From Candidatus Latescibacterota bacterium (lineage in GTDB: Bacteria; Latescibacterota; UBA2968; GCA-2709665), in NCBI GenBank assembly GCA_965226795.1, contig CBDDDZ010000004.1, positions 416,001-480,000 of the forward strand: a stretch of 64,000 nt of DNA, read 5' to 3'. Positions 18,884 to 28,601 of this stretch are shown here, piece after piece. Position 1 is the first letter of the stretch. Each line of letters starts with the position of its first letter. The notes under the pieces are model-generated. The model was not told the DNA's origin, ran no database searches, and saw only the letters and a program-made list of their open reading frames with translations. The position numbers and the translations under genes are program-made.

Positions 18884-21166
18884 GTGATGAAAAAGATTAT
18901 GGTATGCGGGATGGTGTTCCTGGTTCTGGGCCTGCTGCTCTGGAGCGATGTCCCGGCGCAGGAGCTCCGGATCCAGTCCCGCGCGAAGGTGTGGGATATT
19001 TACTGGAACGTGGGCACCCAGGGGGTGCGGGCGGCCACACCGATGAGTTGGTACCGTCCCGTTGGCATGCAGTATCCCGGCTATCTGTGGACGCAGTACC
19101 CGAAGGAGTTTATCGACTACTGGAGTCAACGGAATTGGGGGCCGGGATCTCAGTGGAGGCGCTGGAACGGCGAAATGTGTGGCACGATGCCGGGTTGGAA
19201 CCAGTTCATCGCCACGCAGGTGGGAGGCGAGTTCCACGTCTCCGAGTCGAAAGCGACCCTGGAGTCGGAGGACGTGGTTGCAATGGGCTACGATCCTTCC
19301 CAGGGGCCTGAGATGAATATCGGCTACCGGAAGGTATCGCCCCTGGGTCCGGTCATGGCCAACTGGTGGCCGGGGCAGGCCCCTCCGGGCCCCAACGAGC
19401 CGGTGGAGATCCACAACTACCGGTACAGCGACTACATGGAGCCCGACAAAGACAATTTTCCGGAGAGCACTATCGTCAGCAAATGGACCACGCGCAACGG
19501 CATCACCGTTACCAAGAAGGCATACGCGTGGAGCTTCCCCGACTACGACGATTTTGAGATCCTGGAATACACGTTCGAGAACACCGGTGACTCCGATGGG
19601 GACGGTGCGGCCGATCTGGGCGGTGGAGGGCTGCAGCTCAACGACACGTTCTTCATCTTCTCGACCCGCTTCTACGTCTCCGGGTGCGGCCAGGGAAATT
19701 ATACGGGGAACTCCTACTTCAGGGCCACGGAACCGATAGCTCTGGACGACTGGTACAAGTACACGGAGGCGGCCAACTTCGACGGTCCGGGCGCGGCCAT
19801 GGGGTTGAAGATGTGGTACTCCTTTGATGGGGAAAATCCGGATCTACCCGGGGAGGACATCGGCAAGCCCTACAGCTCGAACCGGGCCTACGAGTCCTGG
19901 CACAACTGCTGCCTCAGGCACACGAAGGTGGAGGGGGAAATGGGGTCCTACCAGTACGTGGGCGCTGCACCGCTCGCGTACACGCCCGGGTCGGTGAACG
20001 ATCCGTCAACCTTCACCTACGACACCGGAGGCGATGGGAGCTTCGTGGCGCCACGGGTCGCGGACCAGCCCCACACCGTAAAGTGGTGGGACTATCGGGA
20101 CCGCACCGATTTCTCTGAACCCGGTTCGGAGAGCAGGAGTTCCGAGCAGATCTATACCGAACTGACGAGTCCTGCGCCATTCATAAAGGACAATCCCACC
20201 ACCATAGACGGGCTCACCGCTTCGTTCGCCTATGGCCCGTACGACCTGGCCCCCGGCGACAAGGTGAGAATCGTCTACGCCCTGGTGGCGGCCGCCCCGG
20301 TGGAGGAGAACATGTGGGGATGGGCCAAGCAAGGCAGACAGGAGGACATGTACACCGACAAGGCGATGGACAACCTGCTCAAACACCACAACGCGGCCAG
20401 CGACGCCTTCCGGTGGGGCTATGACCTGCCCGATCCTCCGCCGGACGTAAAGGTGGAGGCGACCGCCTCGGTCGACGGGTTCAACCTGGCGAAATGGACC
20501 GACGCGGGCGACGATGCGACCGATCCGGACTACTCGGGCGCCGAGGCCCAGGACATCGTGGGCTACCGGGTCTACCGGTCGGACTTCAAGGTTGACGACT
20601 GGAAACTCGTGGCCGAATTCCCCCTGAAGGATTCCCAATACTATAAGGGGGGCGGCTATGAATATGAGGACAGAAGGTCGGTGGCGGGATTCGAATATTA
20701 CTACCGCGTTGCGGCCTATGACTCGGGCCACGACGACTGGAACGGGACCGGGATGGCCATTCCCTCCTTAGAGGGCGGGAACAGCTCGCCCGAGCAGTGG
20801 GCGAACGGCGTGCTGACCAATATTCCGTTCGTACCGTCCAACGCGGCGGCGGACCAGATGCAGCGGGACGTGATCGTTGTACCCAACCCGCACAAGGCGG
20901 ACGGCGCTCACAACTACCCCACGGCGGGGTTGATGCGGTTTACCAACGTCCCCCAAAAGTGCATTATCCGGATCTATACGGTGGCCGGAGAGCTTGCCGC
21001 CGTGATCAGACACAACGATCCCAGCAGAGGCGAGGCCTCCTGGAACCAGATCCCCGACTCGCGCGGAGGGGGTGTGCCCGCGGGGGTTTATTACTGGGTG
21101 CTGGAATCGCAGATGCCGGGAAGCCAGGGCCAGACACAGTCGGGCACGTTGATGATCATCAAATAG
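18884..21166 (+). CDS. Secreted protein with FN3-like domain and T9SS-like C-terminal sorting domain
   Basis: Signal peptide, GYRVYRS and YYYRVAAYD, and C-terminal VVPNP...FTNVP..CIIRIYTVAGE...W...GVYYW...IIK. Confidence 0.75.
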   Translation: MMKKIMVCGMVFLVLGLLLWSDVPAQELRIQSRAKVWDIYWNVGTQGVRAATPMSWYRPVGMQYPGYLWTQYPKEFIDYWSQRNWGPGSQWRRWNGEMCGTMPGWNQFIATQVGGEFHVSESKATLESEDVVAMGYDPSQGPEMNIGYRKVSPLGPVMANWWPGQAPPGPNEPVEIHNYRYSDYMEPDKDNFPESTIVSKWTTRNGITVTKKAYAWSFPDYDDFEILEYTFENTGDSDGDGAADLGGGGLQLNDTFFIFSTRFYVSGCGQGNYTGNSYFRATEPIALDDWYKYTEAANFDGPGAAMGLKMWYSFDGENPDLPGEDIGKPYSSNRAYESWHNCCLRHTKVEGEMGSYQYVGAAPLAYTPGSVNDPSTFTYDTGGDGSFVAPRVADQPHTVKWWDYRDRTDFSEPGSESRSSEQIYTELTSPAPFIKDNPTTIDGLTASFAYGPYDLAPGDKVRIVYALVAAAPVEENMWGWAKQGRQEDMYTDKAMDNLLKHHNAASDAFRWGYDLPDPPPDVKVEATASVDGFNLAKWTDAGDDATDPDYSGAEAQDIVGYRVYRSDFKVDDWKLVAEFPLKDSQYYKGGGYEYEDRRSVAGFEYYYRVAAYDSGHDDWNGTGMAIPSLEGGNSSPEQWANGVLTNIPFVPSNAAADQMQRDVIVVPNPHKADGAHNYPTAGLMRFTNVPQKCIIRIYTVAGELAAVIRHNDPSRGEASWNQIPDSRGGGVPAGVYYWVLESQMPGSQGQTQSGTLMIIK

Positions 21167-21225
21167 GGGCAGATCTCTATTTCTGCACGGCTCAGGTCCA
21201 TACTGAAACTTAAGGAGAGTACACG

Positions 21226-22179
21226 ATGAAACGGACGTTGTGGATCGGACTGACAGCGGTGGTGATCTGCGGCCTGCTCTATCCACGGGGAGCAGATGCC
21301 CAGGATCAGAGGCGGCTCTCGCGGATGGTCCTTCCCGTACTGAAGATCGATCATGGAGCGCGTATGGCCGGTATGGGAGGTTCGTTTGTGGCCGTATCGG
21401 ACAATATCGATGCCATCTTTTCAAATCCATCCGGGTTGACGCATATCGAGGGTTCCGCGTTCACGCTCGGATACACCCGATGGCTGATGAACGACCACAT
21501 TCTGAACGGCGGCCTGGCCTTCAAGACCGGGTACGGGGTTGTGGGTTTGAGCGTGGTCACATTCAGACCCACGGGGTTCGAGGAGACAACCATTTTTCAG
21601 CCCACGGGCACGGGCCGGGAACCGGATATGGGCGATCTGTCCCTGGGCGTGGCCTACGCGAAAAAGCTGACGGACAAACTTTCGGTGGGCTCCTTGTTCC
21701 GCTGGACGCAGGAAACGCTGGACACGGACCGGTTGACTGCGTTCGACGTGTCGATTTCCACGCTGTTTTACACCGGTTTCAAGAGCCTTCGCCTGGGGAT
21801 GACGTTCGAGAACCTGGGCAGAGACGTCAAGGTGATCTCGTCGGTCGCGCATATGCCGGTGTCCTTCAGCACCGCGGCGGCAATGGAGATTTTCGGTTCC
21901 AGAGGCGACCCGGGGTATCTGACGTTGACGGGCGAGAACTACTACGCGACGGATTTCGCGGAGGTTCAGTACCGGGTGGGCACGGAGTTCTGGATCCAGA
22001 ACTCGTTCGCGTTGCGTGGAGGATATAAGATCAACTTCGACGAAGAGTCATGGACGCTCGGGGCCGGTTTGAAATTCACGATGGTGGACGGCCGTGTGGT
22101 GCAGGCGGATATCGCCTATGGCGATTTCGGCGCATACCTGAATGCCCCATTGAGGTTCACGCTGAGCGGGGCGTTCTGA
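21226..22179 (+). CDS. PorV/PorQ family outer-membrane protein
   Basis: LKIDHGARMAGMGGSFVAV...NPSGL N-terminal signature, barrel strands, terminal F. Confidence 0.85.
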   Translation: MKRTLWIGLTAVVICGLLYPRGADAQDQRRLSRMVLPVLKIDHGARMAGMGGSFVAVSDNIDAIFSNPSGLTHIEGSAFTLGYTRWLMNDHILNGGLAFKTGYGVVGLSVVTFRPTGFEETTIFQPTGTGREPDMGDLSLGVAYAKKLTDKLSVGSLFRWTQETLDTDRLTAFDVSISTLFYTGFKSLRLGMTFENLGRDVKVISSVAHMPVSFSTAAAMEIFGSRGDPGYLTLTGENYYATDFAEVQYRVGTEFWIQNSFALRGGYKINFDEESWTLGAGLKFTMVDGRVVQADIAYGDFGAYLNAPLRFTLSGAF

Positions 22180-22204
22180 GTTTTCAGGTGGATTCGTGTG
22201 TAAG

Positions 22205-22242
22205 AGAAATGGCGGTCCCCCCGGGATTGCCATTTCTTTTTT
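22205..22242 (+). terminator. Intrinsic terminator
   Basis: AGAAATGGCGGTCCC/GGGATTGCCATTTCT hairpin followed by a T run, after porV. Confidence 0.75.
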
Positions 22243-22309
22243 CGTGAAGGATTCCATAAATTCCGCCACTATCCGGATCTCGTTACCATCGCGCCGATCG
22301 GGGGCTGTC

Positions 22310-23536
22310 GTGAGTCGATTTCAAACGATCTGTATGAATTGCGACGCGCCCCAACGGGACGCGACCGCCTCCAATTGCGACGTTTGTACCGGACCCCTGG
22401 GTTTTCGCTACAGCTATACCGATGTAAGCTGGGACGACCGCTTCGAGGGTTCCATGTGGCGCTACTGGCCACTCCTCCCGGTCGCCGGCCCTGACGGGGT
22501 CGTCACCCTTAAAGAGGGCGGTACTCCGCTGCTTCCCGCTCGCAGCTTTGAGGGATGTCCGGTCTATCTGAAGGACGAAACCCGTAATCCCACCGGGTCA
22601 CACAAAGACCGTTCTCTCTCGGTCGCAATCACACACGGAAAGTCCATTGGCGCGGATGTTTCCGTTATTGTGTCAACGGGAAGCGCCGGCATCTCGAACG
22701 CCGCGCTGGCGACCCGCGCCGGAATGCGCAGCGTGGTGGTCATGGCCGAGGGAACGCCGCCCGAACGGCTCTACCCGATGTTCGGCCTGGGCGCAACGCT
22801 TCTCGAGGTGAGTGCACAGATCGACCCGATCGTGGAAGGGGTTATTGCCGTCTGCCGCAGCCAGGGACTCTATCTGAGCACCACCAGCCGGAACTCCAAT
22901 CCGTACCAGTCCGAAGGGAACAAGACCATCGCCTACGAGATCGTGGAGGAACTTGGCAGGGCGCCGGACTGGGTGGTGGTTCCCGTGGGTGGCGGCGGTA
23001 CGGTTTCGGGTGTCTGGCGGGGGTTCCGGGATTGCCACGCGCTCGGGCTTATTGACTCCCTTCCCAGAATGATTGGCGTGGTTCCTCGTGACTACAACGC
23101 ACTCGAGTTAGCCTTCGAACGCGGGCTGGAACAATGGAAAGAGGTACTGGCGCTGCCCTATGACAACCCGCCGCCCTCAATTCTTGTGAAGCTTGCCCAC
23201 AGCTATCCCCCCGACGGAATGGAAGCCCTCCGGACCATACGTGCGTCGAGGGGAAATTTCATTTCCGTCACGGACGAGGAGGCCCTGACGGCCCAGGAAT
23301 TTTGCGGGCGGCAGGAAGGGCTGTTCGTGGAGCCGTCCACGGGTGCCTGCCTGGCCGGCACAGCCCGGCTGTTGGATTCGGGACGTGTGGATCCAGGGGA
23401 TCTCGTGGTTGCCCTCGTGAGCGGTTCCGGGTATCGCGAGACTGCCTGCACCATGGCCTCGCGCCCCCTGAAGAAGCAGGCAATTTCGATCGAGGAACTG
23501 TCCGGCACCCTTGCGGGCTTTGCCGGACCCGGGTGA
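22310..23536 (+). CDS. Threonine synthase-like PLP-dependent enzyme
   Basis: N-terminal CxxC..CxxC, KDETRNPTGSHKDR, STGSAG, EGNKTIAYE and VPVGGGG. Confidence 0.85.
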   Translation: MSRFQTICMNCDAPQRDATASNCDVCTGPLGFRYSYTDVSWDDRFEGSMWRYWPLLPVAGPDGVVTLKEGGTPLLPARSFEGCPVYLKDETRNPTGSHKDRSLSVAITHGKSIGADVSVIVSTGSAGISNAALATRAGMRSVVVMAEGTPPERLYPMFGLGATLLEVSAQIDPIVEGVIAVCRSQGLYLSTTSRNSNPYQSEGNKTIAYEIVEELGRAPDWVVVPVGGGGTVSGVWRGFRDCHALGLIDSLPRMIGVVPRDYNALELAFERGLEQWKEVLALPYDNPPPSILVKLAHSYPPDGMEALRTIRASRGNFISVTDEEALTAQEFCGRQEGLFVEPSTGACLAGTARLLDSGRVDPGDLVVALVSGSGYRETACTMASRPLKKQAISIEELSGTLAGFAGPG

Positions 23537-23664
23537 ACGGCCCGGGCTTCCCATCCTCAATTGACCGAGTCGCCAGAATGGAACACCGGACAGGCATGAG
23601 CGGCGGCGAACGTGTTTAATCTGGACAATTCACAAAAAAGTAGTTTCCTTACTCAAGTCAACGA

Positions 23665-23768
23665 GAAGGGCAGACAGAAGTGTCTGCCCCACATTCACAC
23701 ACGCTTCCTCAACGGCTCCACAAGCCATTGTGCGGGGTTGAGATGATTGATTCGCGAATAAGGGCAGT
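23665..23768. repeat. REP-like palindrome plus conserved tail (family A, right half)
   Basis: GGGCAGACAGAAGTGTCTGCCCCAC plus a ~75 bp tail similar to 32923-33025. Confidence 0.75.
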
Positions 23769-23832
23769 AAATCCAATCCACCTGTCCTGCCGGGAAGTGG
23801 CGCGGCTCGACGCTGGCGAAGGGACTGAATGC

Positions 23833-24855
23833 ATGTCCATGCATCTTGCGAAATGGCAGCGACGGGAAGAGCCGGTTCTGTCTGCCCTGACCACCCGGCA
23901 GGACTGGTGCCGGGTTGAACTCTACAATCCGACGGTGGTCCGCGTGGCGGACAGGTACATGATGTGGTACATCGCTCACAGTACCGCCACCCGTACAGAC
24001 GATTCGGTCGTGGGCTTCGCCGAGTCGGACGACGGAATCCACTGGAACGAGCACCCGGACAACCCCATCCTCACCCGCGACGATCTGCCCGCCTGCGACG
24101 CTTGGCAGACGCCCCATGTGATCTTCGACGCGGACGAGGGCCTGTACAAAATGTGGTTCATTATGTCGACCGTTGTCCGGGGCGGTCCAACCTGGCTCGT
24201 GAGCTTCACTCAACAGTTGGGTTACGCTTCAAGCCGCGACGGTCTGAAATGGGACGTTCATCCCGAGCCGATCTATCACAGCGGACGACGTCCGTGCGTG
24301 ATCAAGGACGGTCCCGGCGCCTACCGGATGTGGATGAACTCATCGCCGACGCCGGATGGAAGCTTCGACGATCTGGTCCGGCACATCTATCGATTCGAAT
24401 CCACCGACGGCATTGATTGGACGCGGGACCCCGAACCCGCCGTAAGCTTCAACGAGAAGCTCAGGGGCACAATCTATCCTTTCGTTATGCGGGACGGTGA
24501 CGGATATATCATGTGGTACGGGGCCTGGCCTGCCGAAGGCGAAGTGCTGATTGACGCGGGTGCCGACACCCCCCTGGTTCGCCCCGTATTCGAGATATAT
24601 TGTTCGACGTCCGCCGATGGCCTGAACTGGACCCACCACCAGGACACGCCCGCCCTGCCGGCGACGCGTAATCCCGTCGACTACGACGGGCGGTATACCT
24701 CCACGCCGTGTGTCGTCGACGGCGGGGACCGCTATCTGATGTACTATTCCGCCAGGGACTGGGGTACCCTCTATAGAACCGGAGCGGACACGCTGGGCAT
24801 CGATAAAGCCGGAATCTATCGTCACATCGGCGTGGCCGTGTGCCCCAGGACTTGA
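23833..24855 (+). CDS. Five-bladed beta-propeller glycosidase-like protein (GH32/43/130 fold)
   Basis: Repeated YxMWY...GxAxSxDGxxW blades. Paralogue of 29574-30851. The ORF-track start at 23680 lies inside a repeat. Confidence 0.7.
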   Translation: MSMHLAKWQRREEPVLSALTTRQDWCRVELYNPTVVRVADRYMMWYIAHSTATRTDDSVVGFAESDDGIHWNEHPDNPILTRDDLPACDAWQTPHVIFDADEGLYKMWFIMSTVVRGGPTWLVSFTQQLGYASSRDGLKWDVHPEPIYHSGRRPCVIKDGPGAYRMWMNSSPTPDGSFDDLVRHIYRFESTDGIDWTRDPEPAVSFNEKLRGTIYPFVMRDGDGYIMWYGAWPAEGEVLIDAGADTPLVRPVFEIYCSTSADGLNWTHHQDTPALPATRNPVDYDGRYTSTPCVVDGGDRYLMYYSARDWGTLYRTGADTLGIDKAGIYRHIGVAVCPRT

Positions 24856-24895
24856 TATGTCGTCCATAACAGTCCGTTGAAAAAGGGGAGAACGA

Positions 24896-26908
24896 GTGGA
24901 AGGCTCTCAAGCCCGAAGCCTGTGGAATCGGGCCGACCCACAACAACACGCGTCTTCGGAGAATCATCTCGCGTCTTCACGGGACGGTCTGACGTTGCGG
25001 GCTTTCCTGATCGGGCTCCTCCTCTGCGTGTTCCTTGGTGTCGCGCTGACGCACAACCGTATGGTCGTCCAGGGGCCCTTCATGGGCAGCTACTTTATGG
25101 ACCGGGGCGTGCTGTTCGTTTTCTTCGTCCTTGTTCTGGCCGTAAACCCCCTGGCGGCGGCCCTGAAGCGCCGATATGCGCTGGGGCGGGGCGAGTTGTT
25201 GGCCATCTACGTCATGTTGCTGTTTCTGATGCCGTCGTGGAAAATCACCAAGGCCCTGCTGGGCTTTATGACGGGCGTCACCTACTATGCCTCGCCGGAA
25301 ATGCGGCACCTGGAAGCCGTGTTGCCCAATGCCCTTCCGTGGCTGTCTATTCTGGATACGCAAGCGGTAAGGGGGCTGTACGACGGTCTTCCCGCCGGCG
25401 ACCCGGTGCCCTGGTGGACGTGGGTGGTTCCCCTGTGGAGCTGGGGGTCGTTCCTGGTGGTGTTGTACGTCGTTCTCATCTGCCTGGCGGTCCTGATGAG
25501 GAAGCAGTGGGAAGAGCACGAACGGTTTGCGTTTCCCATCATGCAGGTGCCGCTGGAGATGAGCGAGGCGGGCGCGCGAAAGGTGGGGCCCCTGTTCCGC
25601 AACAGGATGATGTGGGCTGGATTCGCGGTTCCGTTTCTGATCGGATTGTTGAACGGGCTTCAGAGGTACTACTACTCCCTGCCCCGGATTCCGCTGAGAA
25701 CGGTGATCTGGATCTTCCGCCGCGCGATTCCCTTGCATATCGGCCTTCATTTCGCGATCCTTGGGTACTCGTATTTCGTGAATACGGACGTGAGTCTGAG
25801 CATCTGGCTGTTCAACGTGATCGCCAAGTGCGTCAGCGGAATTCTGGCCATAGTGGGGGCGGAAACATACGGCGTTTCCGGGGTGGTGGGCCGGCACAGT
25901 TCCCAGGGATCGGAATTCCTGGCGATGATGGGCATGGGCTATATGCTCGCCCTGGCGGGGTACAGTCTGTGGATCGCCAGGGCGCACCTTCGCGAGGTGT
26001 GGGCCAGGGCGATGGGCCGCCCGTCACGCCTGGACGATTCGGACGAGGTGATCCCCTACCGCTCCGCGGTGGCCGGGATCGTTGCGGGGACCCTGTATCT
26101 CGGATGCTGGCTCTACCAGGCGGGCATCTCTCCCCATCTCGTCCTGCTGCTGGGCTTTTTCTGTTTTGTCGTCTTTCTGGTTCTCGCCCGAATCGTGAGC
26201 GAGACCGGTTATTCGGTGACCTACGCCCCGCTGAACCCGTCAGAGTTCGTGGTGTGCGCGGTGGGTTCCGCGGCGTTCAGCCCAACGGGGCTGACATCTC
26301 TTGGCGTCAGCTTCGCCTGGACGATGACCCGGCTGAATACGCTGTTGCCGCGGGCCTTCGGCGCACTCAGACTCGCACGGGAGATCGGCCGCAAGCGGGG
26401 GCTGGTCCTGGCGATGGGCGCCGCGCTGGCCGTCGGCCTCGCCACCGCAAGCTATACGACGCTTCAATTGGGATACGAGCACGGCGGCCGCAACCTGGAT
26501 TACTGGTTCAGGGACGTAAACGATTGCGCGCTGCCGTTCGACGAATACATCGGACGCCGGCTGCTCTCGCCGTCGCCAATCTTCTACCCGGGATATCTGT
26601 ACACGGCGCTGGGGGCCGCCGTTGTCGTCGTTCTGATGTCGCTCCGGTCGCGCCTCCCGTGGTGGCCGCTGCACCCGGTGGCGCTGCCGGTGAGTACGAT
26701 CGCCTTTACGCATAATTACTTTTTTAGCGTGTTTCTCGCCTGGGGAATCAAGGCGCTGGTGTTGCGGTTTGGAGGGGCCAACCTGTACAGGATGACCAAA
26801 CCGTTCTTCATGGGAATCATCTTGGGTGAGGCGGTCTGCCTGGGGATGTGGATCGTCATCGACAGCATAACCGGAAAAGTGGGCGGGATCTGGATCCTGC
26901 AACCCTGA
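24896..26908 (+). CDS. Multi-pass membrane protein, DUF6785/DUF6784-type putative transporter
   Basis: Many TM helices, RKQWEEHERFAFPIMQVP, WWPLHPV and RFGGANLYRMTKPFFMGIILGE. Confidence 0.75.
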   Translation: MEGSQARSLWNRADPQQHASSENHLASSRDGLTLRAFLIGLLLCVFLGVALTHNRMVVQGPFMGSYFMDRGVLFVFFVLVLAVNPLAAALKRRYALGRGELLAIYVMLLFLMPSWKITKALLGFMTGVTYYASPEMRHLEAVLPNALPWLSILDTQAVRGLYDGLPAGDPVPWWTWVVPLWSWGSFLVVLYVVLICLAVLMRKQWEEHERFAFPIMQVPLEMSEAGARKVGPLFRNRMMWAGFAVPFLIGLLNGLQRYYYSLPRIPLRTVIWIFRRAIPLHIGLHFAILGYSYFVNTDVSLSIWLFNVIAKCVSGILAIVGAETYGVSGVVGRHSSQGSEFLAMMGMGYMLALAGYSLWIARAHLREVWARAMGRPSRLDDSDEVIPYRSAVAGIVAGTLYLGCWLYQAGISPHLVLLLGFFCFVVFLVLARIVSETGYSVTYAPLNPSEFVVCAVGSAAFSPTGLTSLGVSFAWTMTRLNTLLPRAFGALRLAREIGRKRGLVLAMGAALAVGLATASYTTLQLGYEHGGRNLDYWFRDVNDCALPFDEYIGRRLLSPSPIFYPGYLYTALGAAVVVVLMSLRSRLPWWPLHPVALPVSTIAFTHNYFFSVFLAWGIKALVLRFGGANLYRMTKPFFMGIILGEAVCLGMWIVIDSITGKVGGIWILQP

Positions 26909-27043
26909 GCGGGCGTCGGGCGGGCGTGGAACTGCGAGTTGCGGTGCAGACGGTGTACCATTCGAAGCAGAATGCGTCTCATCTGCCGCTGCCGATCGGT
27001 GATGGTTAAAGAAGGATCACCTGATCCGGAAAAGAACGCCTCA

Positions 27044-27481
27044 ATGCGCATTGCTCTGGATACCACACATCGTCGGCGCGTGCTATTCGTGGACCTGCAG
27101 GAGGTCGAGTCGCTCGATCGGGCCGAGCAGGTGTTCAACGCCGCCGCCAAATGTCCGCTTAACCCGATCCTCGCGCTGGGTCAGATCGATGAATGGGACG
27201 CCATGCAGGCGCGACCGTGGCCCGGCGGCGTGATGTACGACCCCGTGGGCAGTTGGGTCTCGGTAGAGATCCTGGACGCGGCTACCGGGCAACCGATTCC
27301 GGGATATGGCAAGGCGGACTGCCAGCGCATCCTAACCGATGCGGTACGTATTCCGGTGACCTGGCGGAAGCACCGGACGCTCGCGGGAGTGGAGGTCGAT
27401 CGGATTAAGTTGCGTCTTCGGCTGTATGGCCGCGCCAAGCTATACAGTTTTGCGTTCCAGGCTTCGAATGAGGCTAAGTGA
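27044..27481 (+). pseudogene. Internally deleted beta-propeller glycosidase-like gene (N- and C-termini fused in frame)
   Basis: The first ~65 aa match the N-terminus and the last ~75 aa match the C-terminus of the 44036-45549 protein. The core is absent. Confidence 0.7.
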
Positions 27482-28350
27482 GGACGGTCACCCCACGGAA
27501 GGAGAGTTGTGAAGATATGGACGCGGGAACTGAATTGGACAACCGGATGCAAAGCGAACTGAATCAGATGCGCGTCAACGGCTGGTGTGTCGTCAAGAAC
27601 GTCGTCCACCAGGACCGGGTCGCGGCCGTGAGAAAGAGCGTTATGGATGCCGTGCATCGGCACGCGAATGCCGACACTCTGGATGACAAAGGCATCGGCC
27701 ACGTCTCCGGATTCGTGGCCCGGGAGCAGTCGTTCGCGCCCTATGTGGCGGATTCTCGGGTCATGGGTGTCGTCAAGGGCATGTTAGGCGACCACGCCCG
27801 GATCTCATTCACGACGGCAACGGTGAATTTCCCCGGAAACCCGCGCGGCGTGTGGCACGCCGACTGGCCCTTCAACCAGAACAATGCCGGGCATATCACC
27901 GCACCTTATCCCGACGCGGTCATGCACCTCACCACGCTATGGATGCTCTCCCCTTTCAGTACGAAAAACGGAGGTACCCTCATTCTTCCCGGCAGTCACC
28001 GGTCGAATAACAATCCAAGCGGGGAGAACGGATTCGACCCGCTCGGCACGATTCCTGGCGAATGCAACGCGGAAGGCGACGCGGGAAGCGTGCTGATGCT
28101 GGACAGCCGGCTCTGGCACGCCACGGCGCCCAACCGATCCGACGCGCCGCGTGCGTCGGTCGTCATTCGCTACGCGCCCTGGTGGCTCGATACCGATGTC
28201 CTGATGCCCGGTTCCGACGAGCGGAAACTGATGTTGGAAGCAACCGGGTTGAATGCGCCCGAGGTCCCGCCAGTTCCCCAGGAAGTCTATGATACCATGC
28301 ATGAAAAGGTGAAACCCCTGTTCCGGCATTGGGTGAGATCAGAGAACTGA
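27478..28350 (+). CDS. Phytanoyl-CoA dioxygenase (PhyH) family Fe(II)/2OG enzyme
   Basis: WHADWP, NGGTLILPGSH and DSRLWHA..PN. The start could be 27517. Confidence 0.88.
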   Translation: MRTVTPRKESCEDMDAGTELDNRMQSELNQMRVNGWCVVKNVVHQDRVAAVRKSVMDAVHRHANADTLDDKGIGHVSGFVAREQSFAPYVADSRVMGVVKGMLGDHARISFTTATVNFPGNPRGVWHADWPFNQNNAGHITAPYPDAVMHLTTLWMLSPFSTKNGGTLILPGSHRSNNNPSGENGFDPLGTIPGECNAEGDAGSVLMLDSRLWHATAPNRSDAPRASVVIRYAPWWLDTDVLMPGSDERKLMLEATGLNAPEVPPVPQEVYDTMHEKVKPLFRHWVRSEN

Positions 28351-28380
28351 CGAAGAACGGCCACGGGCTCAATGACGTTC

Positions 28381-28573
28381 GCTGAGCTTGTCGAAGTGCC
28401 CACGTTTCGCTATCCTTCGAGACCCTTCGCCGACCCTTCGACATGCTCAGGGAGCGGCTCAGGGTGCAGACACGATAGCGGTTGTGGTGACGTTGCCTGT
28501 GCTGCCCGCACTGTTTACGCTGCCTGTGCTGAGCCTGTCGAAGCAAGCTTGTCGAAGCAAGCCTGTCGAAACA
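28381..28573. repeat. REP-like cluster, family B (CTTCGACAxGCTCAG / CTGAGCxTGTCGAAG)
   Basis: Inverted pair at 28382-28396 and 28436-28450, plus three tandem 14-mers AGCYTGTCGAARCA at 28532-28573. Confidence 0.75.
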
Positions 28574-28601
28574 TGCCAATCTTCTTTGGAGGTGCACCGA
28601 A

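Noticed and set aside
22310..23536. Gene symbol thrC
   Set aside because: The family match is clear, but the catabolic context and an altered STGSAG motif suggest a paralogue of unknown substrate.
24877..26715. 612-aa alternative-frame ORF and many long antisense ORFs (e.g. 16691-18121, 39711-41180, 11584-12957)
   Set aside because: These are shadow ORFs of high-GC coding sequence that overlap better-supported genes and have no motifs.
28381..28573. Possible CRISPR array
   Set aside because: The repeats are inverted or directly tandem with no unique, regularly sized spacers, and no cas genes are present.
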